64,000 nucleotides of DNA. It comes from an uncultured Armatimonadetes bacterium (lineage in GTDB: Bacteria; Armatimonadota; UBA5829; DTJY01). The notes below the pieces were generated by a model, which was not told the origin of the DNA, ran no database searches, and saw only the letters and a program-made list of their open reading frames with translations. The stretch is taken from the NCBI GenBank assembly GCA_963717145.1, contig OY970325.1, positions 5,302,868 through 5,366,867 on the forward strand, read 5' to 3'. Made by a program: the position numbers and the translations under genes. Shown piece by piece: positions 48,894-57,807 of the stretch; the stretch's first letter is position 1, and each line of letters opens with the position of its first letter.

Positions 48894-48902
48894 TCGAGTG
48901 GC

Positions 48903-49595
48903 TTAGGGCAGTGGGCGCACCCACACGTTCCGGAACCGCACCGGGTAGCCGTGATCCTGCAGTTGGATCGGGCCGGCTTCCTTGGGCTCGGCAGCCGAGT
49001 GGTTCGGTGTGGCAGACGGGATGTCCGCGTTGTCGTGGATCAGGACGCCGTTCTGGAAAACGGTTATGCGGGCATTGGCAATCTTCTTGCCATCCGCATC
49101 GAACTTCGGTGCGTGGAAGACCATGTCATAAGTCTGCCACTGCTCCGGCGGACGGCACGCATTCACCATCGGTGGCGTTATCGAGTAGATTGCGCCGCAG
49201 TCCCCGCCTTCCGGCTTCAGCCCGTACGAATCGAGTATCTGGATCTCGTACGTGAAACCCTTGAAGAAGACGCCGCTGTTCCCGCGTGCCTGCCCGGTCG
49301 CCTCAGGCATGAGAGGCACCCAGAACTCGATGTGGAGTTGGCAGTCCTTGAACAGCTGCTTCGAGCAGATGTCCCCGCCCTGAGGTTGGCAGTAACCATT
49401 CTCGATCTTCCATGTCGGGGCCTTGTCCGAGCCGCACATGACGAACTGCGTGGACAAGTCCTTGCCATCGAACAGGACGATGGCATCCTTGGGAATGGGC
49501 TCTTTGTCCTTGAAGAGCGGCTCTGCCATTGCGATCGAGCAGAGCGACGCCATAGCCGCCACCACAGCCAGGATGCGAATAGTTGATGAGTGCAT
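48903..49595 (-). CDS. DUF1080 / 3-keto-disaccharide hydrolase family secreted protein
   Basis: VLFDGKD, GNSGVF, YEIQILDS, WQTYD, LQDHG..V.FRNVW. Confidence 0.92.
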   Translation of the reverse strand: MHSSTIRILAVVAAMASLCSIAMAEPLFKDKEPIPKDAIVLFDGKDLSTQFVMCGSDKAPTWKIENGYCQPQGGDICSKQLFKDCQLHIEFWVPLMPEATGQARGNSGVFFKGFTYEIQILDSYGLKPEGGDCGAIYSITPPMVNACRPPEQWQTYDMVFHAPKFDADGKKIANARITVFQNGVLIHDNADIPSATPNHSAAEPKEAGPIQLQDHGYPVRFRNVWVRPLP

Positions 49596-49707
49596 TGGTC
49601 CGTTTCCTCCTGAGGATAAGCTAGTCAATTATACTGCGTTCCCAGCGCCCCTGGCAACGGCTGTGGTATAATAACCCATCCAACCGCGCACAATATGAGA
49701 GTTCGAC

Positions 49708-49899
49708 ATGGCAGTTCCCAACCGAAGTGAAATACACCCGGGCCAGCGGGTGAGCATCGTCGAAAAGCAGAACCAGCAAACCGGCCTCCGGACCGAGGGT
49801 ATCGTCTCACGTATCCTCACCAACAGCGGCTCCCATCCTCATGGGATCAAGGTCATGCTCGAGGATGGACGCGTCGGCCGAGTGCAGGCGATCGTTTGA
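49708..49899 (+). CDS. YwbE family (DUF2196) protein
   Basis: GIVSRILTNSGSHPHGIKVMLEDGRVGRV. Confidence 0.9.
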   Translation: MAVPNRSEIHPGQRVSIVEKQNQQTGLRTEGIVSRILTNSGSHPHGIKVMLEDGRVGRVQAIV

Positions 49900-49924
49900 C
49901 AGAGTGCCATCTGGTTGCTACAAT
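49896..49924 (+). promoter_or_regulatory. Sigma70 promoter
   Basis: TTGACA-N17-TACAAT. Confidence 0.7.
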
Positions 49925-49953
49925 CACGCCTGGTGACAAGGAGGCACGGAACG

Positions 49954-51180
49954 ATGCAGTTCAGGCCGTATGACCACGAGCGAGACCGAGAGGCCGTCCA
50001 GCGAATCTGGCGCGAGGTCGGATGGTTCGAGGAAGGGCAGGAGGACGTTGTAAGCCGCTTTCTGTCGGTAGGCCGCGCGTGGGTCGCCGATATCGACGGC
50101 TCTCCCGAATCCTACGTTGTCACGATCCCCGGCTCCATACGCCACCTGCAGGAGGACCTCCCGCTCAGCGTAGTCAGTGCCGTCACGACCAGCCGGATCG
50201 CCCGCAAGCAGAGGATGGCGAGCCGGTTGACCGCCCATGCGATCGCTGCCGATGCCGCGGACGGCGCGCTGGTTTCGAGCCTCGGGATGTTCGAGCAGGG
50301 GTACTACAACAGGCTCGGGTTCGGTACCGGCAGCTACGAACACCGCCTCGCCTTCGATCCCTCCGACCTGACTGTTGATGTGCAACTCAGCCCGCCTCGC
50401 CGGATCACCAAGGATGATTGGGAGGCGGTCCATGCCTCGCGGATGGCTCGCCCGAGGGGTCACGGTTCCGTCAATGTGGATGCCCCGGAGACGACACGCG
50501 CCGAGATGGAGGGCGACAAGAAAGGCTTCGGACTCGGCTACTTCGCGCCGAGTGGAGAGATCACCCATCACCTCTGGATCCACGCTGAGAACGCAGGCCC
50601 CGGCCCATACTTCGTCAAGTGGATGTCATGGCAGACCGGCGAGCAGTTGCTCGAGCTGCTTGCCATTGTGAAGAGCCTCGGCGACCAGGTGCATCTCGTG
50701 AGCCTGGATGAACCCGCGGGGATACAACTGCAGGATCTTCTGCGCCAGCCCTTCAAGGGAAGGAAGTTGACGAAACGTTCCGAGTTCGAGAAGACGTGTA
50801 CCACTTGTGCCTACTGGCAGGTGCGCATCCTCGACTTGCCAGGATGTCTCTCCAAGACACACCTCCCGTGCGCCGACTTACGCTTCAACCTCCGACTGGC
50901 GGATCCGATCGAGTCCCTGCTGGATGAGTCCGCTCCCTGGCGTGGAACCGGCGGCGATTACATCATCACATTGGGGCCGGATTCCAGCGCGGTACGGGGC
51001 GAGAAGCTCTCGCTCCCGACGCTCAAGGCCTCGGTCGGTGCATTCACCCGCATGTGGCTCGGAGTCCGCCCCGCGACCGGACTGGCGATCACCGATGCGC
51101 TCTCCGGCCCGCGCGATCTGCTCGTCGACCTCGACCGCGCGCTCCTCCTCCCTCAGCCCCACCTGGGCTGGGACATCTGA
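49954..51180 (+). CDS. Eis-like GNAT acetyltransferase
   Basis: AVTTSRIARKQRMA, GYYNRLGFG, VRILDL, SCP2-like C-terminus. Confidence 0.75.
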   Translation: MQFRPYDHERDREAVQRIWREVGWFEEGQEDVVSRFLSVGRAWVADIDGSPESYVVTIPGSIRHLQEDLPLSVVSAVTTSRIARKQRMASRLTAHAIAADAADGALVSSLGMFEQGYYNRLGFGTGSYEHRLAFDPSDLTVDVQLSPPRRITKDDWEAVHASRMARPRGHGSVNVDAPETTRAEMEGDKKGFGLGYFAPSGEITHHLWIHAENAGPGPYFVKWMSWQTGEQLLELLAIVKSLGDQVHLVSLDEPAGIQLQDLLRQPFKGRKLTKRSEFEKTCTTCAYWQVRILDLPGCLSKTHLPCADLRFNLRLADPIESLLDESAPWRGTGGDYIITLGPDSSAVRGEKLSLPTLKASVGAFTRMWLGVRPATGLAITDALSGPRDLLVDLDRALLLPQPHLGWDI

Positions 51181-51254
51181 TCTCGGGAACGCATCGCTCC
51201 AGTTCTGCGTCTTCATAGATGGGTGTGTGACTTGCACCGGAAGTGGAGAAATAC

Positions 51255-52256
51255 ATGTATAAGATAGCGATTCTTGCGGTTCTGGCCGCACTGGTCGGCT
51301 CATTCGCAATTCAGGGGGCGAAAATGGAAAAGCCACGCGGTAGCGAAACCATCAGCATCTACAACGCCTCGACTGGGCAGGCTGAGAAGGTGCAGAAGAT
51401 ACACAAGACCGATGCGGAGTGGAAGAAGCTCCTCACGCCGGAGCAGTACCGCATCACTCGTCAGAAAGGGACCGAGCCGCCCGGAACGTGCGGGGCGCTT
51501 CCCGAGGCGGAGAAGGGCGTGTTCCAGTGCGTCTGCTGCGGGACCGATCTATTCAAGTACGACAAGAAGTTTGAGTCCGGCACCGGATGGCCCAGCTTCT
51601 GGGATCCCATCTCGGAGCTGAACGTAAAGTATGAGTCGGATACCAGCTTCGGACGGAGCCGCACCGAGGTCCTCTGTGCCCGTTGCGACGCCCACCTCGG
51701 CCACGTCTTTGATGACGGTCCTCCCCCGACTGGGAAGCGTTTCTGCATCAATGGAGTGGCGCTGAAGCCCGCGGTCAAGACTGAGAAGGCGACCTTCGCC
51801 CTGGGATGCTTCTGGGGCAGCGAATCGGCGTTCCGTGAGCTACTCAGCAAGGGAGTCGTGTCCACAAGGGTGGGGTACACCGGCGGCGACTTCAAGAAGC
51901 CGACCTACGAGGACGTCTGCTCGGGCAGGACGGGCCACGCGGAGGCGGTCGAGGTCACATTCGACCCTTCGAAGATCGCCTACAAGCAGTTGCTCGACCT
52001 GTTCTGGAAGTCGCACAATCCGTACAGATCGGACGGCCAGGGACCCGACGTGGGATCCCAGTACCGAGCTGCGATCTTTTATCACTCGGCCGAACAGCGC
52101 AAGCTGGCAGAGGAGTCGAAAGCGGCCCTTCAGAAGAAGTCGGGCCAGCAGATCGCCACAATGATCGTCGAGGCCAGGGAGTTCTGGCCCGCCGAGGAGT
52201 ACCACCAGCAGTACTACGAGAAGAAGGGCATCGCCCCCGCCTGCCCGGTGTACTGA
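51255..52256 (+). CDS. msrAB: Exported bifunctional methionine sulfoxide reductase MsrB-MsrA
   Basis: Signal peptide; [20 protein letters not shown] (MsrB); [19 protein letters not shown] (MsrA). Confidence 0.95.
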   Translation: MYKIAILAVLAALVGSFAIQGAKMEKPRGSETISIYNASTGQAEKVQKIHKTDAEWKKLLTPEQYRITRQKGTEPPGTCGALPEAEKGVFQCVCCGTDLFKYDKKFESGTGWPSFWDPISELNVKYESDTSFGRSRTEVLCARCDAHLGHVFDDGPPPTGKRFCINGVALKPAVKTEKATFALGCFWGSESAFRELLSKGVVSTRVGYTGGDFKKPTYEDVCSGRTGHAEAVEVTFDPSKIAYKQLLDLFWKSHNPYRSDGQGPDVGSQYRAAIFYHSAEQRKLAEESKAALQKKSGQQIATMIVEAREFWPAEEYHQQYYEKKGIAPACPVY

Positions 52257-52262
52257 TGGCGT

Positions 52263-52291
52263 TTGACACTGGGTTGTCCGGTTGCTACAAT
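52263..52291 (+). promoter_or_regulatory. Sigma70 promoter, probably producing a leaderless mRNA
   Basis: TTGACA-N17-TACAAT, with ATG 5 nt downstream. Confidence 0.65.
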
Positions 52292-52296
52292 CAGGC

Positions 52297-53004
52297 ATGA
52301 CGGACCGGGAGCTTCAGCCATTTGCCCTGGAAGGCGTAGATAAGTTCGGCATCGCGCCCATTGATCTGTTCGATGGAGCGCCCGCCGGCGCTCATCCGAG
52401 CGACCTCATGCCCCCATGCCGGTCCGTGATCGTGATCGCCCTGAAGCACCTCGACGTCTTCACCACTACCCGTGACCTCGCTTGTCAGGCGTACTCTCAG
52501 GACATCACCAACCGTGAGACGCTGCACCAGGTCTACCGCATATCGCGCCTCCTCGAGAAGCAGAGGTATCTCGCATTCCCGATGGTCGAATCGGTCTCGA
52601 TGTGGCCGTTTGCCGACAGAGAGGAGGTCGCAGGACGGATCTCATTGAGGCACGCGGCGCAGTTGGCCGGTCTGGGCCGAATCGGCAGGAACGCCATGCT
52701 CATCACCCCGGAGTTCGGGCCGCGTGTGCAACTGGGCGCGATCCTGGTCGATGCCGATCTACCTCCGAGTGCCCTCCTCGTGGAGAATCCCTGCACCGCC
52801 TGCGACCTCTGTATCCGGGAGTGCCCGGCCGGCGCTCTAGAGGCCCCGGTTCCGCCTGCCCAGTATGTGCCTGTTGACAGGGAGAAGTGCATGGAGTTCC
52901 GCACCGCCCGTGGCGGCAGGTCCCCACTCGGGTATCCCAACGCCTGTGGCCTCTGTCGAGCCGTCTGTCCCGTCGGCAGACGCACTGTTCGATCCGTGCC
53001 ATGA
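52297..53004 (+). CDS. Epoxyqueuosine-reductase/reductive-dehalogenase-like 4Fe-4S protein
   Basis: SLRHAAQLAGLG.IG.N...TPEFGPRV, CxxCxxCxxxCP, CxxCxxxCP. Confidence 0.8.
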   Translation: MTDRELQPFALEGVDKFGIAPIDLFDGAPAGAHPSDLMPPCRSVIVIALKHLDVFTTTRDLACQAYSQDITNRETLHQVYRISRLLEKQRYLAFPMVESVSMWPFADREEVAGRISLRHAAQLAGLGRIGRNAMLITPEFGPRVQLGAILVDADLPPSALLVENPCTACDLCIRECPAGALEAPVPPAQYVPVDREKCMEFRTARGGRSPLGYPNACGLCRAVCPVGRRTVRSVP

Positions 53005-53879
53005 CCATCACACCCATATGTGCGAAGACCATCCTCAGCCCCATCGCAGATCCCAACGCCTGGTTCGCGGCCAGGTACAACATGAACATCTACCGGGGCT
53101 GCGAGCACCGGTGCATCTACTGCGACTCCCGGAGTGACTGCTACCAGATCGCCGACTTCGACCACGAACTCCTCGTGAAGGTCAATGCGATCGAGTTGCT
53201 GGAAAAGGAGCTGCCGAGGAAGCGCATCAAGGGCACGATCAGCACCGGGGCGATGAGCGACCCCTACACGCCGGCGGAGAAGGACTATGGGCTGACCCGC
53301 CGGGCACTGGAACTGATCGAGCGCTTCCGATTCGGTATCCACATCACCACCAAGAGCGACCTCATCACGCGGGACATCGATCTGCTGAGGAGTATCAACC
53401 GGGTCCGCGCCTCAGTGTCATTCACGCTCACCACCACCGACGAAGGACTGGCGCGCAAGGTCGAGCCCGGCGCTCCCTCGCCATCGAGGCGTCTCGAGGC
53501 GATGGCCCTCCTGCACGAAGCCGGCATCCACGTTGGGGTCGACATGATGCCAATCCTTCCGTTCATCGAGGACACGGAGGAGAACATCCTATCGATCGCC
53601 CGAAGAGCCGCCGAGTGTGGGGCGGAGTACGTCTTTCCATCCTTCGGCACGACGATGCGGAATGGCTCGCGGGAGCACTTCTACGATCGCATGGACGATC
53701 TCTTCCCGGGCCTGCGGTCGAAGTACGAGGCGACATACGGCAACCGTTATATATGCCCGTCGCCGAACCAAGCCAAGCTCCGTCAGGTCTTCATCGACGA
53801 ATGCCGCCGCCTCAGTCTGATGTACGAAATGCCGCAGATCAATGCATCGTTCGTCCCGAGGCAACTTGACCTATTCTGA
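53001..53879 (+). CDS. Radical SAM protein (spore photoproduct lyase-like family)
   Basis: YRGCEHRCIYC, SDPY, TKS, EPGAPSP. Confidence 0.88.
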   Translation: MTITPICAKTILSPIADPNAWFAARYNMNIYRGCEHRCIYCDSRSDCYQIADFDHELLVKVNAIELLEKELPRKRIKGTISTGAMSDPYTPAEKDYGLTRRALELIERFRFGIHITTKSDLITRDIDLLRSINRVRASVSFTLTTTDEGLARKVEPGAPSPSRRLEAMALLHEAGIHVGVDMMPILPFIEDTEENILSIARRAAECGAEYVFPSFGTTMRNGSREHFYDRMDDLFPGLRSKYEATYGNRYICPSPNQAKLRQVFIDECRRLSLMYEMPQINASFVPRQLDLF

Positions 53880-53884
53880 CAGAC

Positions 53885-53922
53885 TTGCGTTCATCGGAAA
53901 TGATGGTATAATGTATGATGAA
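53885..53922 (+). promoter_or_regulatory. Toxin-antitoxin promoter with inverted-repeat operator
   Basis: TTGCGT-N16-TATAAT overlapped by TTCATC...GATG(AA) repeats. Confidence 0.5.
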
Positions 53923-53927
53923 AGGCG

Positions 53928-54194
53928 GTGAGTATGATGATCATCACAGTTTCAGAAAGAGGCCAGATCAGCATACCAGCGGCGGTGCGCAGGAAGCTGG
54001 GCATCAAGCCGAAGTCAAAGGTCAGTGTCGAGGTCGGAGAGAAAGAGATCGTAATCAAGCCGGTCAAATCCATCCTTGAAGTGGCGGGCATATTCCGCGA
54101 GTATGCGAAGGGCAAGACAACCGACTGGGATACCATCCGCGAGGAAACGATGAGGATAGTTGCGGAGGAGGTCATGAGTGAAACCAGTGAGTGA
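53928..54194 (+). CDS. AbrB/MazE/SpoVT-family antitoxin
   Basis: TVSERGQISIPAAVRRKLGI. Confidence 0.88.
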   Translation: MSMMIITVSERGQISIPAAVRRKLGIKPKSKVSVEVGEKEIVIKPVKSILEVAGIFREYAKGKTTDWDTIREETMRIVAEEVMSETSE

Positions 54195-54603
54195 ACTCCA
54201 CTCGATAGATGCCAACGTGATCCTTCGCTATGTGATGCACGATGATCCCAAGCTGTTTGCCAAAGCCTACGGGATACTCAAAGCGGTGCAGTCTGGACAG
54301 ACCGTTGTGACCTGTGATCCAGTGAATCTTGCGGAGGTGGTGTGGGTGCTGAGGTCGTTTTACAAGCTGACCAATCAGCAGATCTGTGAAGGTCTGCTTC
54401 CCATCATCAATCCTGATGGATTCCTCGTGCCGGACAAGGAACGCTATCTTCTCGCACTCAGGCTATTCTCCGGGGGAGTGAAGAGCTTCGGCGATGCGTG
54501 CGCCTGCGCGGCGGCCAACCAGGACTGTGATGGCCGGCTGTATTCCTTCGACGCCAAGCTCTCCAAGGTTCCGGGCATCACCAGGTCTGAATCCGTGCCC
54601 TGA
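54178..54603 (+). CDS. vapC: PIN-domain (VapC) toxin
   Basis: IDANVILRY, LAEVVWVL, SFGDA, YSFD. Confidence 0.88.
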   Translation: MKPVSELHSIDANVILRYVMHDDPKLFAKAYGILKAVQSGQTVVTCDPVNLAEVVWVLRSFYKLTNQQICEGLLPIINPDGFLVPDKERYLLALRLFSGGVKSFGDACACAAANQDCDGRLYSFDAKLSKVPGITRSESVP

Positions 54604-54642
54604 CATGATAAGCAGACCACATCCGGCGACCTACTGGATGGA

Positions 54643-56334
54643 ATGAAACAGACGAAAAGTCGAGGTGTGATCTTGTCTCTCAATGCGCTTCTCCTTACCA
54701 TCATCCTGCTCCTCACGGTCGGTGTCTGCCGTGCCGGCGAGCATCCCATACTCCTCGGAGTGGACAATGCCGGGAGCGACTGGATCTACAAGTCCGACTG
54801 CGAGCTGGCCTCCGACAAGCAGTTGCAGAAGGCGCTCGATGAGTTGGGCGTGAACTTCTTCGTCTACCACCTCATACCCGACGGCGCCGCGAGCCCGGAA
54901 GCGATGGCCCGCAGAGTCGCCAAGATCGACGATGCCATGCGCTCCCTCGGCCTCAAGTATACTCTCAATGACGAATCCGCTTGCTGGTCGAAGTCACTCG
55001 AACTCGAACCTGGCGTCAATGAGTTTGCGCATCCGGACGGCACGCACAGATGGGACCTCCGAATGCAGTGGCTCGAGCAGGTGCTCCCGCCCGCCAAGCC
55101 CGGCTCTCCCGCGCTGATCGGCATCACACACGATGAGTGCGAGCACATGCAGCTCACGAGTCACCAGTTCGCCACCTACCCCGAACCTCCCGCTCTGGAC
55201 GCCCCCAGGTTCGCGGACACCGACGGCAAGGACATGGAGACGGCGTATAACCTCATCTTCGCGGCCCTGAAGAGGATTCACGACCGGCACTACAAGGGCC
55301 GGCTGGCCAACGTGACTGAACAGGTGTGGCCCGACATGTTCCATATATTCGCGAGGGCCGGCTGGGTGACGACGCCGAAGATCCTCAAGGAGAATCTCAG
55401 CTCGGTCGTCATGTCGATCTCGCTCGGAGCGGCCCTCCAGTATGCCGAGCCCGACAGCCAATGGTGGGTGTCGCCGGACCTGTGGTGTGGAACGCACTAC
55501 CCGGGCCACTCTCCGCAAGCCCTGCGCTCCGCTCTGCTGATGGGCTACTGGCTCGGGGCGGATGCGTTGTATGTCGAGAACCTGGATTTCCAGGAATGGG
55601 ATCAGCGGCATCCCGATGCTCCGCCAAAGGGATCGCTTCTGACCTGGAATGACGACGGCGGCTACGAACTCACGGCCTACGGCAGCGTTGTTACTGACTT
55701 CTACCGGCGTTATGTGCCCTCGCACGTCCGGAAGGTGAGTTGGCGCGACTACCGGCCAAGGGTGGCGATCATCCGACTGCCGGACGGCGCCTGGGGGCAG
55801 AAGGGCAGTATGTTCCGCGACAGGCTGCTCGGCAACCGCGAGCATCCGATGGACGACATCTCGGCGGAGTGGCTGCACGTCTGGCCGATCCTCACGCATG
55901 GGGTTGCCAGAGACGGAGCGATCTCTCTGAACAACGGGACGGTGTACACTCAGTATCCATGGCCGTTCTTCGTGCCGATAGACAGCGTGGCGGTATTCGA
56001 TCACCTCGTCAGCGGCAAGGTGCTCGACTCGGTGGAGTGCTTCGTGGTGTGCGGACATGCGCTCTCCGAGCGGACCTTCAAGGATGTCGCCGCCCGCGTG
56101 GCGAATGGCGCAACCTGCATCATCGCCCGCAGGCTCTACGATGCGCACGCGTCCGGCAAGCTCCGGGGCAAGTGGGTGATCGTGGACTCGTTCACCGACC
56201 CGGCGGTCTCCAGCGAACTGAAGCCATTCCTCGGTCCGCCTGATGTGGCCCGCTTCCGGTTCAGGGGCTGCACGATGGAGTTCCGTCCGACCGCCGACCG
56301 CGATTCCCTCGAGGTCAAGTGCGTCGCTGATTGA
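54643..56334 (+). CDS. Secreted hypothetical protein
   Basis: 563-aa ORF with signal peptide and host-like codon usage; no family recognised. Confidence 0.7.
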   Translation: MKQTKSRGVILSLNALLLTIILLLTVGVCRAGEHPILLGVDNAGSDWIYKSDCELASDKQLQKALDELGVNFFVYHLIPDGAASPEAMARRVAKIDDAMRSLGLKYTLNDESACWSKSLELEPGVNEFAHPDGTHRWDLRMQWLEQVLPPAKPGSPALIGITHDECEHMQLTSHQFATYPEPPALDAPRFADTDGKDMETAYNLIFAALKRIHDRHYKGRLANVTEQVWPDMFHIFARAGWVTTPKILKENLSSVVMSISLGAALQYAEPDSQWWVSPDLWCGTHYPGHSPQALRSALLMGYWLGADALYVENLDFQEWDQRHPDAPPKGSLLTWNDDGGYELTAYGSVVTDFYRRYVPSHVRKVSWRDYRPRVAIIRLPDGAWGQKGSMFRDRLLGNREHPMDDISAEWLHVWPILTHGVARDGAISLNNGTVYTQYPWPFFVPIDSVAVFDHLVSGKVLDSVECFVVCGHALSERTFKDVAARVANGATCIIARRLYDAHASGKLRGKWVIVDSFTDPAVSSELKPFLGPPDVARFRFRGCTMEFRPTADRDSLEVKCVAD

Positions 56335-56349
56335 TGGAAGGGTTAGCTC

Positions 56350-57309
56350 ATGCGGAAAACATTCGATGAAGAACTCGCCCGACTGCAGACGATCGCCCGG
56401 GGGACGATCTCGGACGAGGCGGTCGAGACCATCCGCCATGCCCTGAAGGGATCCCAGGCGACACTGGCCGCATTCGCCGCCGAGATCGCGGGGATCCGAC
56501 GGATCGCCGATCTCGAGCAGGATATGGTCCGCGCGTTCAATCGGTTCATGACGACCGCCGACATGAACTGCCAGGTCAAGATCGCCGTCTCAGAGGCCCT
56601 GCAGAAGCTCGACTATGCGGGCGACGAGGTATATCTCAGAGGCATCAGGCACGTGCAGATGCAGCCTGCGTTTGGCAAACCAATCGATGTGGCAGCCGAT
56701 CTCCGTGCGAGTTGTGCGGTTGCCCTTGCCAACATGCGGCATCCCCGTGCGCCGTTCGAATTGACCAATCTCCTCATCGACCCGGAGATCAACCCTCGTC
56801 GTGCGGCGATCAGGGCGCTGGCTCACCTCGGATCCGAGGGCGCTGAGATGGCCATCCGTCTGAAGTCGCTCGTCGGCGACAAAGAGGCCGAGATCATCGG
56901 CGAGTGTTTCACCGCCCTGCTGTCGATGTCCCCTCAGGCGATCGGCTTCGTCGGCGGCTTCCTTGACTCGGGCAACCCGGTGGTGGCCGAGCAGGCCGCG
57001 CTCGCGCTCGGTCAATCGCACGAGGCTGAGGCGTTCGAGCTGCTCCGTGAGCACTGGGAGACGAACATCACCCCCGACTTCCGCCGGATGCTGATCCTCC
57101 CGATCTCGCTGCTTCGAAGGGACGACGCGTTCGATTTCCTGATCGAGGTCATAGGGAGCACCGGCCCGAAACTCGCGTCGGAAGCGGTCACGGCGCTCGC
57201 CGTCTACGCCGATGACAGGAGCCGCCGCCGGGTCCACGACGCCGTCAAGGATCGCCACGACCCCACGATCTCCGCCGCCTTCGCCCGCGCGTTCGGAGCT
57301 GTGGAGTGA
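56350..57309 (+). CDS. HEAT/PBS-lyase repeat protein
   Basis: Repeated helical units (RRAAIRALA, EQAALALG, EAVTALA). Confidence 0.75.
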   Translation: MRKTFDEELARLQTIARGTISDEAVETIRHALKGSQATLAAFAAEIAGIRRIADLEQDMVRAFNRFMTTADMNCQVKIAVSEALQKLDYAGDEVYLRGIRHVQMQPAFGKPIDVAADLRASCAVALANMRHPRAPFELTNLLIDPEINPRRAAIRALAHLGSEGAEMAIRLKSLVGDKEAEIIGECFTALLSMSPQAIGFVGGFLDSGNPVVAEQAALALGQSHEAEAFELLREHWETNITPDFRRMLILPISLLRRDDAFDFLIEVIGSTGPKLASEAVTALAVYADDRSRRRVHDAVKDRHDPTISAAFARAFGAVE

Positions 57310-57345
57310 ACAACGATTATCTCAGGGACCACACAGAAATACTGG

Positions 57346-57374
57346 TTGCGAATATACCAGAAATGGTATATCAT
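57346..57374 (+). promoter_or_regulatory. Promoter with palindromic operator
   Basis: TTGCGA-N17-TATCAT with ATATACCA-GAAA-TGGTATAT (57352-57371) spanning the spacer. Confidence 0.65.
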
Positions 57375-57386
57375 AGGGGGTAGGGA

Positions 57387-57728
57387 ATGCCCAGAATGAA
57401 GACCAGTGACGCGATCGAGATTCTCAACAGAGAGATTGGCAACGATCCCGAACTCAAGCGGATGGTCGCGGAGGAGATGGTCAACGCCAGAGTCGCCCAG
57501 GCGATCTACGATCTTCGGACAGAGGCCGGCATGACCCAGCGAGAGCTAGCCCGGCGCGTCGGCACGACTCAGCCAGTGATCGCACGCCTTGAGGACGCGG
57601 ACTACAGGGGCCATTCGCTGAGAATGCTCATCCGCATCGCCAGCGCCCTCGGCAGGGAACTCGACGTGCGGTTTGTGAACTCAGGCGGTCGGAAGGCGAG
57701 AATTGTCCGCTCGAAGGTCATCGGCTGA
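57387..57728 (+). CDS. XRE-family HTH regulator (HigA-like antitoxin)
   Basis: LRTEAGMTQRELARRVGTTQPVIARLE..Y.GHSL. Confidence 0.88.
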   Translation: MPRMKTSDAIEILNREIGNDPELKRMVAEEMVNARVAQAIYDLRTEAGMTQRELARRVGTTQPVIARLEDADYRGHSLRMLIRIASALGRELDVRFVNSGGRKARIVRSKVIG

Positions 57729-57807
57729 CCAGGGGTAGTGCAGACGGTCACCGCTGCCTGCCGAGGGCAAGTTGGCCGAGCAAGCTGTTGCCCAAGAGGA
57801 GGAGTAA

